From: a virus
Strand: one strand, 5' to 3'
Virus record (IMG/VR): IMGVR_UViG_3300020183_000039
Location: 22,570-86,569 of that record
Length of the DNA: 64,000 bases
In this document: piece after piece, positions 19,385-27,138 of the stretch
Layout: each line of letters begins with the position of its first letter
Position numbering within the stretch: the stretch's first letter is position 1
Notes under the pieces: generated by a model
Database searches by the model: none
What the model saw: the letters and a program-made list of their open reading frames with translations, nothing else
What the model was told of the DNA's origin: nothing
Program-made: the position numbers and the translations under genes

Positions 19385-22300
19385 TCAGGTAGCCGAGATG
19401 CCGGATGCCTCGAGAGCGGCCGGGATGCCACCGATACCGACGCGGACCAGATCCACCTCGATGCGCTCGAGGGTGGGAACTGGCACCACGAACACCTTCA
19501 CGTTCACGTAGCCATTCTCCAGAGCACCGCCGAGGTTGTTCCGCTCGTCGCAGACCACCTGGTAGGCTTCGGAAGGAGTAGCACCGAACAGAGCACCGGG
19601 CACGTAGAAGAACTCGTACAGGGTGTTGTCGGCGATGGCACGGATCTGGTTGAAGGTCACGGCGCGACCGTCGATCACGCTGAAGATCTGGCCATCGAAG
19701 GCCTGACGCAGCGTGCCGTAGATCACGTTGAGGATCACACGAGTGTTCACGAACTGGTACAGGGCCTGTTCGGAATTGCCACGGTTCACGCGAGTACGGG
19801 AACCCCAGACAAACACGGGGCCGAACACCTCACCGGTGTCTGCATCTACCGTGCTGTAGCCAGGCAGCTGACGCAGGGCATTGAGGCCTTGCGGGTTGCT
19901 GATCTCCTGCTGAGCGTTGGTGATGGCGATCTCGCAACCACGTGCTCCGGCCAAGTTGTACTTCGCACCAGCGGGAGGCAGGCGGAAGCCAGCGGCGGAA
20001 TCGCGGTAGCGGCGAATTGCCAGGCCAGTGACGAACGAAGAGGGCTGGATGAAGAGACCAACGTCGTTCTTGATGTATGGAGCGTAGTAGGCCAGGAAGC
20101 CCTGAGTCGTGCTGTAGGAGGTGGCCTCGTTGAGCAGTCGAGCGTGGTTGTTGATACCAGCTTCGATGACCCGCATCTGAGGAGTGCCGCCGTTGTTCAC
20201 GCCACGCAGAGCCTCGTTCACCAGATCACCAGCGGTGATGGCGTCGAAGTTCCACAGGTTGTTGGGGACGTCAACTTCAGGCTCGAGGAACTCGATGTCC
20301 ACGTAGCCGCCGTACAGGGTGGTGTAGCCTTGGCCGATCTGAAGCACGGGATGAGCATACACGCCGGTAGCCGAGGTGTTGGCCTGATCACCATAGCTTA
20401 GAGGCACGCAGTAGAAGTTGTTCTCGCCAGCGAAGTCCTGAGCAGGGTTGAGAGGACGAGCAAAGTCGTCTTCGGTGTACTGCCAGGTGTAGGGGTTGGA
20501 GATGCTCGTCACGAGGAACTCCACACCGCCAGCGTTGTTCACACCAGCGCTGATGATGTCGATCTCTGTACCAGCAACCGCGTCTGCGGCGGTCTCGGCG
20601 AACTGGATGGTGTTGGGGTCGACCACGATCACGAAGTAGATCCCCGTATCTTCCAGACCACCGGCCAGAGTGGCGTTGGTAGCGGTGTTGACGCTCACCT
20701 CGTCGCCGGTCAGGTAACCGTGAGAAGCGATGGTCACCTCATTGGTCACCACGTCCACGTCAGCGGCTGCGACCTGCCAGACAGGAACGCCAACCGGAGC
20801 AGAACCGTAGGACAGGCGCAGGTCGGTGCTGATGTCAGCGGTGTAGGCAACGCCGTAAGGGTCGTTCACACCGTTCTGGATGGCAACGTTAGCCTCGTCG
20901 CGCACGCCGGCCACCGCGAGAGTCACGTCCAGCTGGTACTTGCGGCCACGGATGTAGCGCAGCACGCCGGAGTCACTGAACTGGCCGCCGTCCACTGCAG
21001 TCGAGAGCTTCTTGTAGAAGCGACGAGCAGCTGTGGTGATGATCGCGGAAGTTGGGAAGTCAGCGAAGGCGTTAGAAGCCAGGTCGGAAGCCGAACGAGC
21101 GAGACGGAAGAAGTTCCGGTCCACCTTCTGAGCGAAGTACACAGTGGTGGAGGTCGGGGTCGTGCCGCGGAAGATCGTCTCGGTGGCGGTCACAATGCTG
21201 CCATCGAAGTACAGCTTGTCAGCGGTAACAACGGGGTGCTCGGAGGAGAACACCATGCAGTCGCGGCCGGTCGTCAGAATAGACTGAGCGGGAGCGCCCT
21301 GAGGGTTCAGCACAGTGGCAGAGTCGGTACCAGCGCCGGGGATGGAGATGTTCGTACCGGAGTTGGCATTGGCCAGCGAGGTGGCCAGCTGGATCGTGTT
21401 ATCGTCGATCCGGATAACAAAGTACTGCGTGCCGGACGTCAGGTTAGTCGGGCTAGCAGCGCCGTCAGAAGGCAGCAGGTAGTAATTGATCGCGTCGCCG
21501 GTGCTATAACCGTGACCGATAACCGTGATCTCGTCGGTGCCAGTGTTGACGTCGGAAGCATTGAAGTACTTCAGAGTCAGGCCGCCGCTCAGGATTGCCA
21601 GAGAGGGGTCAGACAGCTGACGGACCAGACCCTTATAGTCGTGCTGGGTCGTAGGCTTCTGCAGGGTGCCGGGCAGGTGCAGAGTGTTGAAGGACACGGT
21701 GTTCACGCCACCGTTGGCCTCCAGCAGGCTCGAGATCTTGCCCTTGATCTCTACGTTGAACTCCCAAGCAGGAGTGGAATAGTAGAGAACCAGCATGCCA
21801 CCGCCTTGAGGGGTGCCAGCGGTGGTGAAGTTCACGGCTTCGTTGATAGAAGCGCGAGAAGTGCTGGTAGCCAGGCGGATCTGGTTAGGAGCCAGAGTGT
21901 TGTCGATGTCGCTCGCGATCACATAGAACGAACCGAGAAGGGGCTCGTTAGTGATGCCGGTAGCGGTATCGCTGTAGAGAGGAGCGGTGGGCAGCGGATC
22001 GTTCTCGAACAGCTCCACGCTCACGATGGTGCCGGAAGGCAGGGCATCCACGGGCCACTCTTCGGCCAGAGTCATCACGTCAGTCGCCGTGTTCAGACCG
22101 ACATCCACGCGGATGCGCTGGTCGTCCTTCATGGCAAGACGCTCACCGTCGTTCAGAGCGACGTTAGCCGAGTTAGCGGCGTTGGTGGCGTCGTAGTTGG
22201 CGGACGTGAAGAGCAGAGGAGTCGTATCGGTCCACTCGTAGATCACGTTGTCCACGAGATACAGCTCGCCGGGCTCGAAGCCGTTGGAGGGATTCGCGGG

Positions 22301-23302
22301 CGTGAAGTCGCGGTAGATCACGATGTCCGTCACGTTGAACGGACCGCAGTCCACCAGAGCCATCCACTTGTGGTTCTGATCGGAGCAAACCTCTTCCATC
22401 GTCTGGCCGAGGTTCACGCGGCTTGACTTACCGAACTTGCGGAAAGCCGGAGGAGCGATCATGTAGCCCTGGGGCAGGCGAGGCTCTTCGAAAGCGGTGC
22501 GAACGCACTGGATGTAGTCGAAGACAGTCTCGTCGCTCTCGGTGACGTTGGCGATTGCGTAGCCAGCGGCAGCAAGGATGTACAGGGAACCAACGATCTC
22601 GTTGGAGTTCACCACCTCGACAGGTGCGTTGAACACGCGGCCGGTCAGGTAGAGGTATGCGCACTCATCGCAACCAGCGGTACCAACACCTTCCTGGCGG
22701 ACGTACACGCCAGCGGTGATGTCGCTATTAGCGTTGATCGCGTCGGACACCGCATCGCGGATGGCCTCAGAGATCTTGACGTTGTTCGTCAGGTCACCGG
22801 ACACGTAGTCCACGGGGATCTCGACGGGAACACCCAGCCACACGCCGGAAGAGTTCTTCACGCCGAGAGGGATGCCGTTGATCTCCAGCTTGATGTAGAC
22901 GCGATCGCCTGTCTGGAGAGGGCTAGGAGCGGTGACGCCGTTGTCCTTGTTGGCCGACGGATCGAAGGCCACCTGGACGATATTGGAGGGAGTACCAACG
23001 CGCACAACGCGGAGGTCGCCCACAGTGCACTGCTGGAAGAAGGCCTTCACAGCATAGTACGAGTCGAGTTCGGCACGGCCTTCGGAAGGCGCGCCACCGA
23101 TCAGGTTCTCATACTCGTTCAGGCTGCCCACAAAGATGGGGCGGTTGAACGGGAAGACGGCCACGGAAGCGGATTGAGGGGCCTCAACCAGCATGTAGAC
23201 CGTGTTGAAGCTAGCTACCGAGGCGCGAGAAGCAATCGCGGACTCGTAGATGAAAGTACCCGGAGCACCGCCACGGGCGCCACCAAGCGAGATAGTAGCC
23301 AT
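19385..23302 (-). CDS. Contractile tail sheath with large internal insertion
   Basis: N-terminal APGTFIYE. C-terminal YYAPY, PPAG, LNALR, VWGSRT, FVNTR, VVCDERNN, LERIEV are sheath motifs. 1305 aa. Confidence 0.9.
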   Translation of the reverse strand: MATISLGGARGGAPGTFIYESAIASRASVASFNTVYMLVEAPQSASVAVFPFNRPIFVGSLNEYENLIGGAPSEGRAELDSYYAVKAFFQQCTVGDLRVVRVGTPSNIVQVAFDPSANKDNGVTAPSPLQTGDRVYIKLEINGIPLGVKNSSGVWLGVPVEIPVDYVSGDLTNNVKISEAIRDAVSDAINANSDITAGVYVRQEGVGTAGCDECAYLYLTGRVFNAPVEVVNSNEIVGSLYILAAAGYAIANVTESDETVFDYIQCVRTAFEEPRLPQGYMIAPPAFRKFGKSSRVNLGQTMEEVCSDQNHKWMALVDCGPFNVTDIVIYRDFTPANPSNGFEPGELYLVDNVIYEWTDTTPLLFTSANYDATNAANSANVALNDGERLAMKDDQRIRVDVGLNTATDVMTLAEEWPVDALPSGTIVSVELFENDPLPTAPLYSDTATGITNEPLLGSFYVIASDIDNTLAPNQIRLATSTSRASINEAVNFTTAGTPQGGGMLVLYYSTPAWEFNVEIKGKISSLLEANGGVNTVSFNTLHLPGTLQKPTTQHDYKGLVRQLSDPSLAILSGGLTLKYFNASDVNTGTDEITVIGHGYSTGDAINYYLLPSDGAASPTNLTSGTQYFVIRIDDNTIQLATSLANANSGTNISIPGAGTDSATVLNPQGAPAQSILTTGRDCMVFSSEHPVVTADKLYFDGSIVTATETIFRGTTPTSTTVYFAQKVDRNFFRLARSASDLASNAFADFPTSAIITTAARRFYKKLSTAVDGGQFSDSGVLRYIRGRKYQLDVTLAVAGVRDEANVAIQNGVNDPYGVAYTADISTDLRLSYGSAPVGVPVWQVAAADVDVVTNEVTIASHGYLTGDEVSVNTATNATLAGGLEDTGIYFVIVVDPNTIQFAETAADAVAGTEIDIISAGVNNAGGVEFLVTSISNPYTWQYTEDDFARPLNPAQDFAGENNFYCVPLSYGDQANTSATGVYAHPVLQIGQGYTTLYGGYVDIEFLEPEVDVPNNLWNFDAITAGDLVNEALRGVNNGGTPQMRVIEAGINNHARLLNEATSYSTTQGFLAYYAPYIKNDVGLFIQPSSFVTGLAIRRYRDSAAGFRLPPAGAKYNLAGARGCEIAITNAQQEISNPQGLNALRQLPGYSTVDADTGEVFGPVFVWGSRTRVNRGNSEQALYQFVNTRVILNVIYGTLRQAFDGQIFSVIDGRAVTFNQIRAIADNTLYEFFYVPGALFGATPSEAYQVVCDERNNLGGALENGYVNVKVFVVPVPTLERIEVDLVRVGIGGIPAALEASGISAT

Positions 23303-23380
23303 TTAGAGTTTAACTCCTTCTTTGATGTTGATGGGACTAGCAGCTTCGGACAATCTGCTCGTGGTCCCCGTAGGGGCCCA

Positions 23381-23812
23381 TCAACCACGTTGTGAGTCGG
23401 AACTTGCCTGAGGCGAGTCCAGACTGAACCCGTTGAACCGGTTCTTTTCTAGAAGAGCACCGGCGTTGTACCTCGAAAGCCTCTGAGTAAAGGCATCCAG
23501 GGTCTCCCACGGGAAGATAGCGCTTGCAATGTCCTGGATTTCCGGGTTCGGGTTAGCTCCATTCAGGTTGAGAGCAGTACTCAACTGATTGAGAGTGCCC
23601 GGAGTACCGGTAGAAGCGCTCGATGGTGTCTTACCCAGAACCCCGTCGGGCCCGGACACGAAGATAGCGACACCTTGTGCGGGCGTCGTTCGAATATCAT
23701 AGCTCTCGTTGAGCTCAAGCAGAGTGCGAAACTCCCGAGAGTCTCCGTAGTAAGCGTAACCGAGCTTGTTCCAGCTGTCGCCAGTTTTCCAAACTCTTGT
23801 CTTTCCGGCCAT
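23381..23812 (-). CDS. Tail X/LysM-like baseplate protein
   Basis: GDSWNKLGYAYYGD...LLELN matches P2 gpX/LysM-type N-termini. Confidence 0.65.
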   Translation of the reverse strand: MAGKTRVWKTGDSWNKLGYAYYGDSREFRTLLELNESYDIRTTPAQGVAIFVSGPDGVLGKTPSSASTGTPGTLNQLSTALNLNGANPNPEIQDIASAIFPWETLDAFTQRLSRYNAGALLEKNRFNGFSLDSPQASSDSQRG

Positions 23813-24234
23813 TAGAACCTCTGAATCAATCCCCGGTTGATGGCCTTAGCAGCGGCCTCAGTTATCCTCGGCATAGACATCATCGGGACTCCGAGCCATG
23901 GCCTAGCGGGCATCTTAGAAGTTCCGAACATGTGGTAGCGACCGTAGTTCGCGCCCATTGTCGCGTTGAAGAGCCCAGGTGCCCCGGCCGGGCGGATACG
24001 AGTGTTGTCTTGCATCCGTCCGGTGAGACGAAGGATCGGCATGCCAGGAGCGCGCCTGGACTTCCACTGCGCGTAGTTAGGTGACAGAGGAGACCACTTC
24101 GTACCCTCCTGCGGATCTTGCTCTTGGGTCCAAGCAAGACGGTTGTCCTGGAGAAGAATCTGCGCCATCTCGTTCTTGGAGTTGGCCCACCAGTTCTCGT
24201 TGAAAGTAGAGAATGAACCTCGGAACGAGATCAT
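23812..24234 (-). CDS. Virion morphogenesis protein (Mu gpG-like)
   Basis: KWSPLS...ILRLTGRM...YHMFGTSKMPARPWLG signature. Confidence 0.8.
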   Translation of the reverse strand: MISFRGSFSTFNENWWANSKNEMAQILLQDNRLAWTQEQDPQEGTKWSPLSPNYAQWKSRRAPGMPILRLTGRMQDNTRIRPAGAPGLFNATMGANYGRYHMFGTSKMPARPWLGVPMMSMPRITEAAAKAINRGLIQRF

Positions 24235-24686
24235 TTCTTTCTCCGCGCTGCGCGCTTATTCTCCTCGTTCTGCTTTTCTACGAAGTCCGAAAGGATCTTC
24301 GCCATGAGGAGGATCTTGGATACCGGTTGTTCTTCCAACCAGTCGATCGAAGCATCCCATCGTTGTTTGCAGAAGTGAAAAGCCATCTCGAGCCACTGCT
24401 CGACTTTCATGACTTTCTCTTCCAAGATGTTCGGCCCCAACCAACTGGCTAGAGGCTCGACGTATCTAGACGGTATCTTCTCTAGGTCGCTCTCGGTCAG
24501 GCCACTAAGCCTCATGATGATGAGGATCACGAGGTGGTTAGTGGTTATGTCCGGGAAGTCGTTTTCTACGAGGCTGAAGAAGTAGAAGTCCTTCGGAGTC
24601 AGCTCTCTGAGGGTGATCGTCGTGCCATTCGCGAAGGTGATCTCGTAGGTGAAATCCTCTCGCGGGACGACGGTCAGTCGTTTGGG
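24231..24686 (-). CDS. -1 frameshift extension of the tail chaperone (GT-like)
   Basis: C CCA AAC at 24686-24680. The -1 frame is open from there (KRLTVVPREDFTYEITFANG...) into ORF 24231..24530. Confidence 0.7.
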   Translation of the reverse strand, partial: PKRLTVVPREDFTYEITFANGTTITLRELTPKDFYFFSLVENDFPDITTNHLVILIIMRLSGLTESDLEKIPSRYVEPLASWLGPNILEEKVMKVEQWLEMAFHFCKQRWDASIDWLEEQPVSKILLMAKILSDFVEKQNEENKRAARRKK

Positions 24687-25033
24687 TCCTCGTTCTCGTC
24701 AGTGCCGCCGGCTTTGGCAAGCAGGTCGGTCACCTTGCGGAGATCACGCATCTTGAGCTTCTGCAGCTCGTCGAAGGTGATCTTGCCGCTGCCGGTAGAG
24801 AGCCGTGCAGCAAGCTTCAGAGAGCGCTCCATGTCGCCAGCGCTATTGAGCTTCTCTACGAAGAGCAGATCGCTAGCGGTCATCTCGCGAAGGACAACGT
24901 CGCGGCCATCCGAAAGAGTGGCGTAGAACGTGTTGTCGGCCGCTTGGTAGGAAGATTGGACTTCCATCCCTTGAGCCAATTCTTCTGGAGATTTCCGCAT
25001 CACGCGGACGCCGGGCTTCGAAGTTTCTTCCAT
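24674..25033 (-). CDS. Tail assembly chaperone (G-like)
   Basis: LSDGRDVVLREMTASDL...DELQKL..RDL pattern. Ends at a slippery heptamer. Confidence 0.7.
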   Translation of the reverse strand: MEETSKPGVRVMRKSPEELAQGMEVQSSYQAADNTFYATLSDGRDVVLREMTASDLLFVEKLNSAGDMERSLKLAARLSTGSGKITFDELQKLKMRDLRKVTDLLAKAGGTDENEDPND

Positions 25034-25071
25034 GATTGTTTTGAGGTTGCTTCTCGTAGTAACTTTTTACC

Positions 25072-25962
25072 CTAGTTCACACTGACCTTGATGGCCGGGT
25101 GCGGGTTGTAATCGTGGAGCTCAAGATCATCAATCGTGAGACTTTTCGGGTTCAGCCGTTTCAACCACTCAGCGGACAAGGCCATGTTGCACTCGTCGCG
25201 ATGCGGGAGCAAGATCATGTCCCTGACGGTATCATAGCAGTTCTTGTAGATGTGCGAATTGGCACTTGGCATGTAGACATACCGAGCGGTCTTACCAGTG
25301 GCTGCCGCTACGACCTTCAGGATGATCGAGTAGCGCGCGATATCGAGCGGGAAGCCCACGACCATGTCGTTGGACCGAGCGGGAACCATGACGTCGAGCC
25401 AGTTGTCCTTGGCGGGACTGAACTGCATCGCGATGTGGCACGGAGGGCATGCGGGATTGACAGCTGTCGGGTTGTGCGTGATAATCGTAGCCTGCCTGGA
25501 GTTCGGGCTTTCGATAAGCCGAACGATCACGTCGAGAAACTGGTCGACAGAACGGTCGGTGACGAGAGTCTCGTTGGGCATCTCCATTCCAGGAGCAGAC
25601 GGCGGCCACTGTCGCCACTGGCGGCAATACGCGGACGCGCCGAGTTCTCCGTTCTCGTCGGCAAGGAAGTCCCAGAAGTGCTTGGCGGGACCGAGAGCCT
25701 CGACATTGGTGCTGAACCCAATGTCGAACAGGAACTCGCGGCAGATGTTCTTCCAGGGAAGCTTCCGAAGGCGGGTGAGAGGGAAACCGACTCGCAAGTC
25801 GGCCCGAACAGAACAGCCGAAAGCGGAACGGGTCTCCCCGTTGCGGCCCTCAAAAATATCCCCATGATCCAGAAGCAGTTCCAGGTACTGCGAGTAGATC
25901 GAATCCCAATTGGACGAAAGAAGGGCTCGGTCTTCGAAGTTCAGAACGTGACCGCGGGTCAT
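25072..25962 (-). CDS. Thymidylate-synthase-family enzyme, predicted dCMP C5 methylase/hydroxymethylase
   Basis: ThyA motifs GRNG, GFPL, WD..ADENGELG, PNSR, PPCH, HIY, PHPAIK are present. RSNDMVVGFPLD has Asp where ThyA (RSxDxxxGxPFN) has Asn. Confidence 0.8.
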   Translation of the reverse strand: MTRGHVLNFEDRALLSSNWDSIYSQYLELLLDHGDIFEGRNGETRSAFGCSVRADLRVGFPLTRLRKLPWKNICREFLFDIGFSTNVEALGPAKHFWDFLADENGELGASAYCRQWRQWPPSAPGMEMPNETLVTDRSVDQFLDVIVRLIESPNSRQATIITHNPTAVNPACPPCHIAMQFSPAKDNWLDVMVPARSNDMVVGFPLDIARYSIILKVVAAATGKTARYVYMPSANSHIYKNCYDTVRDMILLPHRDECNMALSAEWLKRLNPKSLTIDDLELHDYNPHPAIKVSVN

Positions 25963-26204
25963 ACTCCTCCGTAGATTTTCTTGTTGGTTTTCTCGTAGAG
26001 TTCTTCGAACTCAGGGCTATTGTAGCCCTGCGGCATCTGCACGTAGATCTGAGCGGCTGATCTCAGACTCTCGGCGGCTTGAGACCTGTGGCCCATGTCC
26101 CACCGATCGTTGGCGTCATGGAGCCAATCCATAGCGTACGCTAGCATAGCGTCCGGGTCTCTCATCATTGGGAACGGCATGTGCGTTTGAGAGCTTGAAG
26201 GCAA
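25959..26204 (-). CDS. Hypothetical protein
   Basis: ORF abutting its neighbours. The true start may be one of the downstream Met codons. Confidence 0.55.
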   Translation of the reverse strand: MPSSSQTHMPFPMMRDPDAMLAYAMDWLHDANDRWDMGHRSQAAESLRSAAQIYVQMPQGYNSPEFEELYEKTNKKIYGGV

Positions 26205-26782
26205 AGAGCCAGTGCGGCTCGAGCGTTTGTCTGCTTATCGTGAAGCTGTACGTTGGGGAACATCGTGATGTTCTCGTAGAAGTTCAGCAGTTGCTGGGTG
26301 TACAGCTCGTGCTCCTGCATCCGCGCGATGTACTCGTCGCGGATGAACCAGGGAGAAGCGTCTGGGAAGAGCTCTCGAAGTTCTTGCACATGGAGAGGAG
26401 CCGACCAGTGCCAGGGGCGGAGAACCGCGAGGTGAACCACGTTCTCGACCTGATCCGCTAGCTCGATCTCGAAGTCGATAACGTCTTCAAAGTGGCCAGC
26501 GTTGTGCCGGCGATGCTGCTCTAAAATGTAGCTGCAGGGATAGGCCCGATCGAAGATCGCGTGGGTCTCTCGAAGGCCCCACTTGGCGATGTCTTCGCGG
26601 TAGAAATCGAAGATGTTTTTCTGGTTGCTCGGCGGCGGGCCGTGGTGTGCCACGTAGCAATCGCCATCGAGTTCCTTCATCATGGCATCGATCAGAGTAG
26701 ACTTGCCGACGCGGTCCGGGCCAGAGACGATGATGAGCATGTTGGGATTCTTCACGGTTCCATTATAGCGGTCGGTTGGCAT
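26165..26782 (-). CDS. P-loop deoxynucleoside monophosphate kinase
   Basis: IIVSGPDRVGKSTL Walker A and IFDR motif of the thymidylate-kinase fold. Confidence 0.75.
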   Translation of the reverse strand: MPTDRYNGTVKNPNMLIIVSGPDRVGKSTLIDAMMKELDGDCYVAHHGPPPSNQKNIFDFYREDIAKWGLRETHAIFDRAYPCSYILEQHRRHNAGHFEDVIDFEIELADQVENVVHLAVLRPWHWSAPLHVQELRELFPDASPWFIRDEYIARMQEHELYTQQLLNFYENITMFPNVQLHDKQTNARAALALCLQALKRTCRSQ

Positions 26783-27138
26783 GGTAGTCCTATCTGGATG
26801 TGACGAAAGCCCAGACGGAGTCCTCGTCGTAGTACTCCAGATTTAGTACCACGTCCACGGAGCTGAGCATGCGCCGCTCCTTGTGGTCAAAAAAGTTGAT
26901 CGTTGCGTAAGGCCTGCTCCTCGACAGGAGATCGAGATTGTAGAACTGGGCTTTCTTTTTGCTCATCGGTGGTGTCCTCGGAGGTCAAGGGTGAGTTAGA
27001 TAAGGTGGGACGGGGTACATCGTACTTTGTCCAGAAGTAGTCGTTTCATCGGGTCCTGGTCAATCTCCGCAAGATTGCAGGCCTGAACCAGGTTGCATCG
27101 TCCTCGGTACAGGGCATCGAGGGCTCGTTCTAATTTCA

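Noticed and set aside
15189-22426. Long plus-strand ORFs (15189..16868, 19010..20401, 20720..22426 and similar)
   Set aside because: Antisense shadows of GC3-biased minus-strand genes, with no motifs, RBS or promoters.
22901-22908. HIP1 (GCGATCGC) enrichment
   Set aside because: Only sporadic copies noticed; no host-like excess apparent by eye.
25072-25962. Plain thyA annotation
   Set aside because: The dUMP-specificity Asn is replaced by Asp, so the symbol was withheld.
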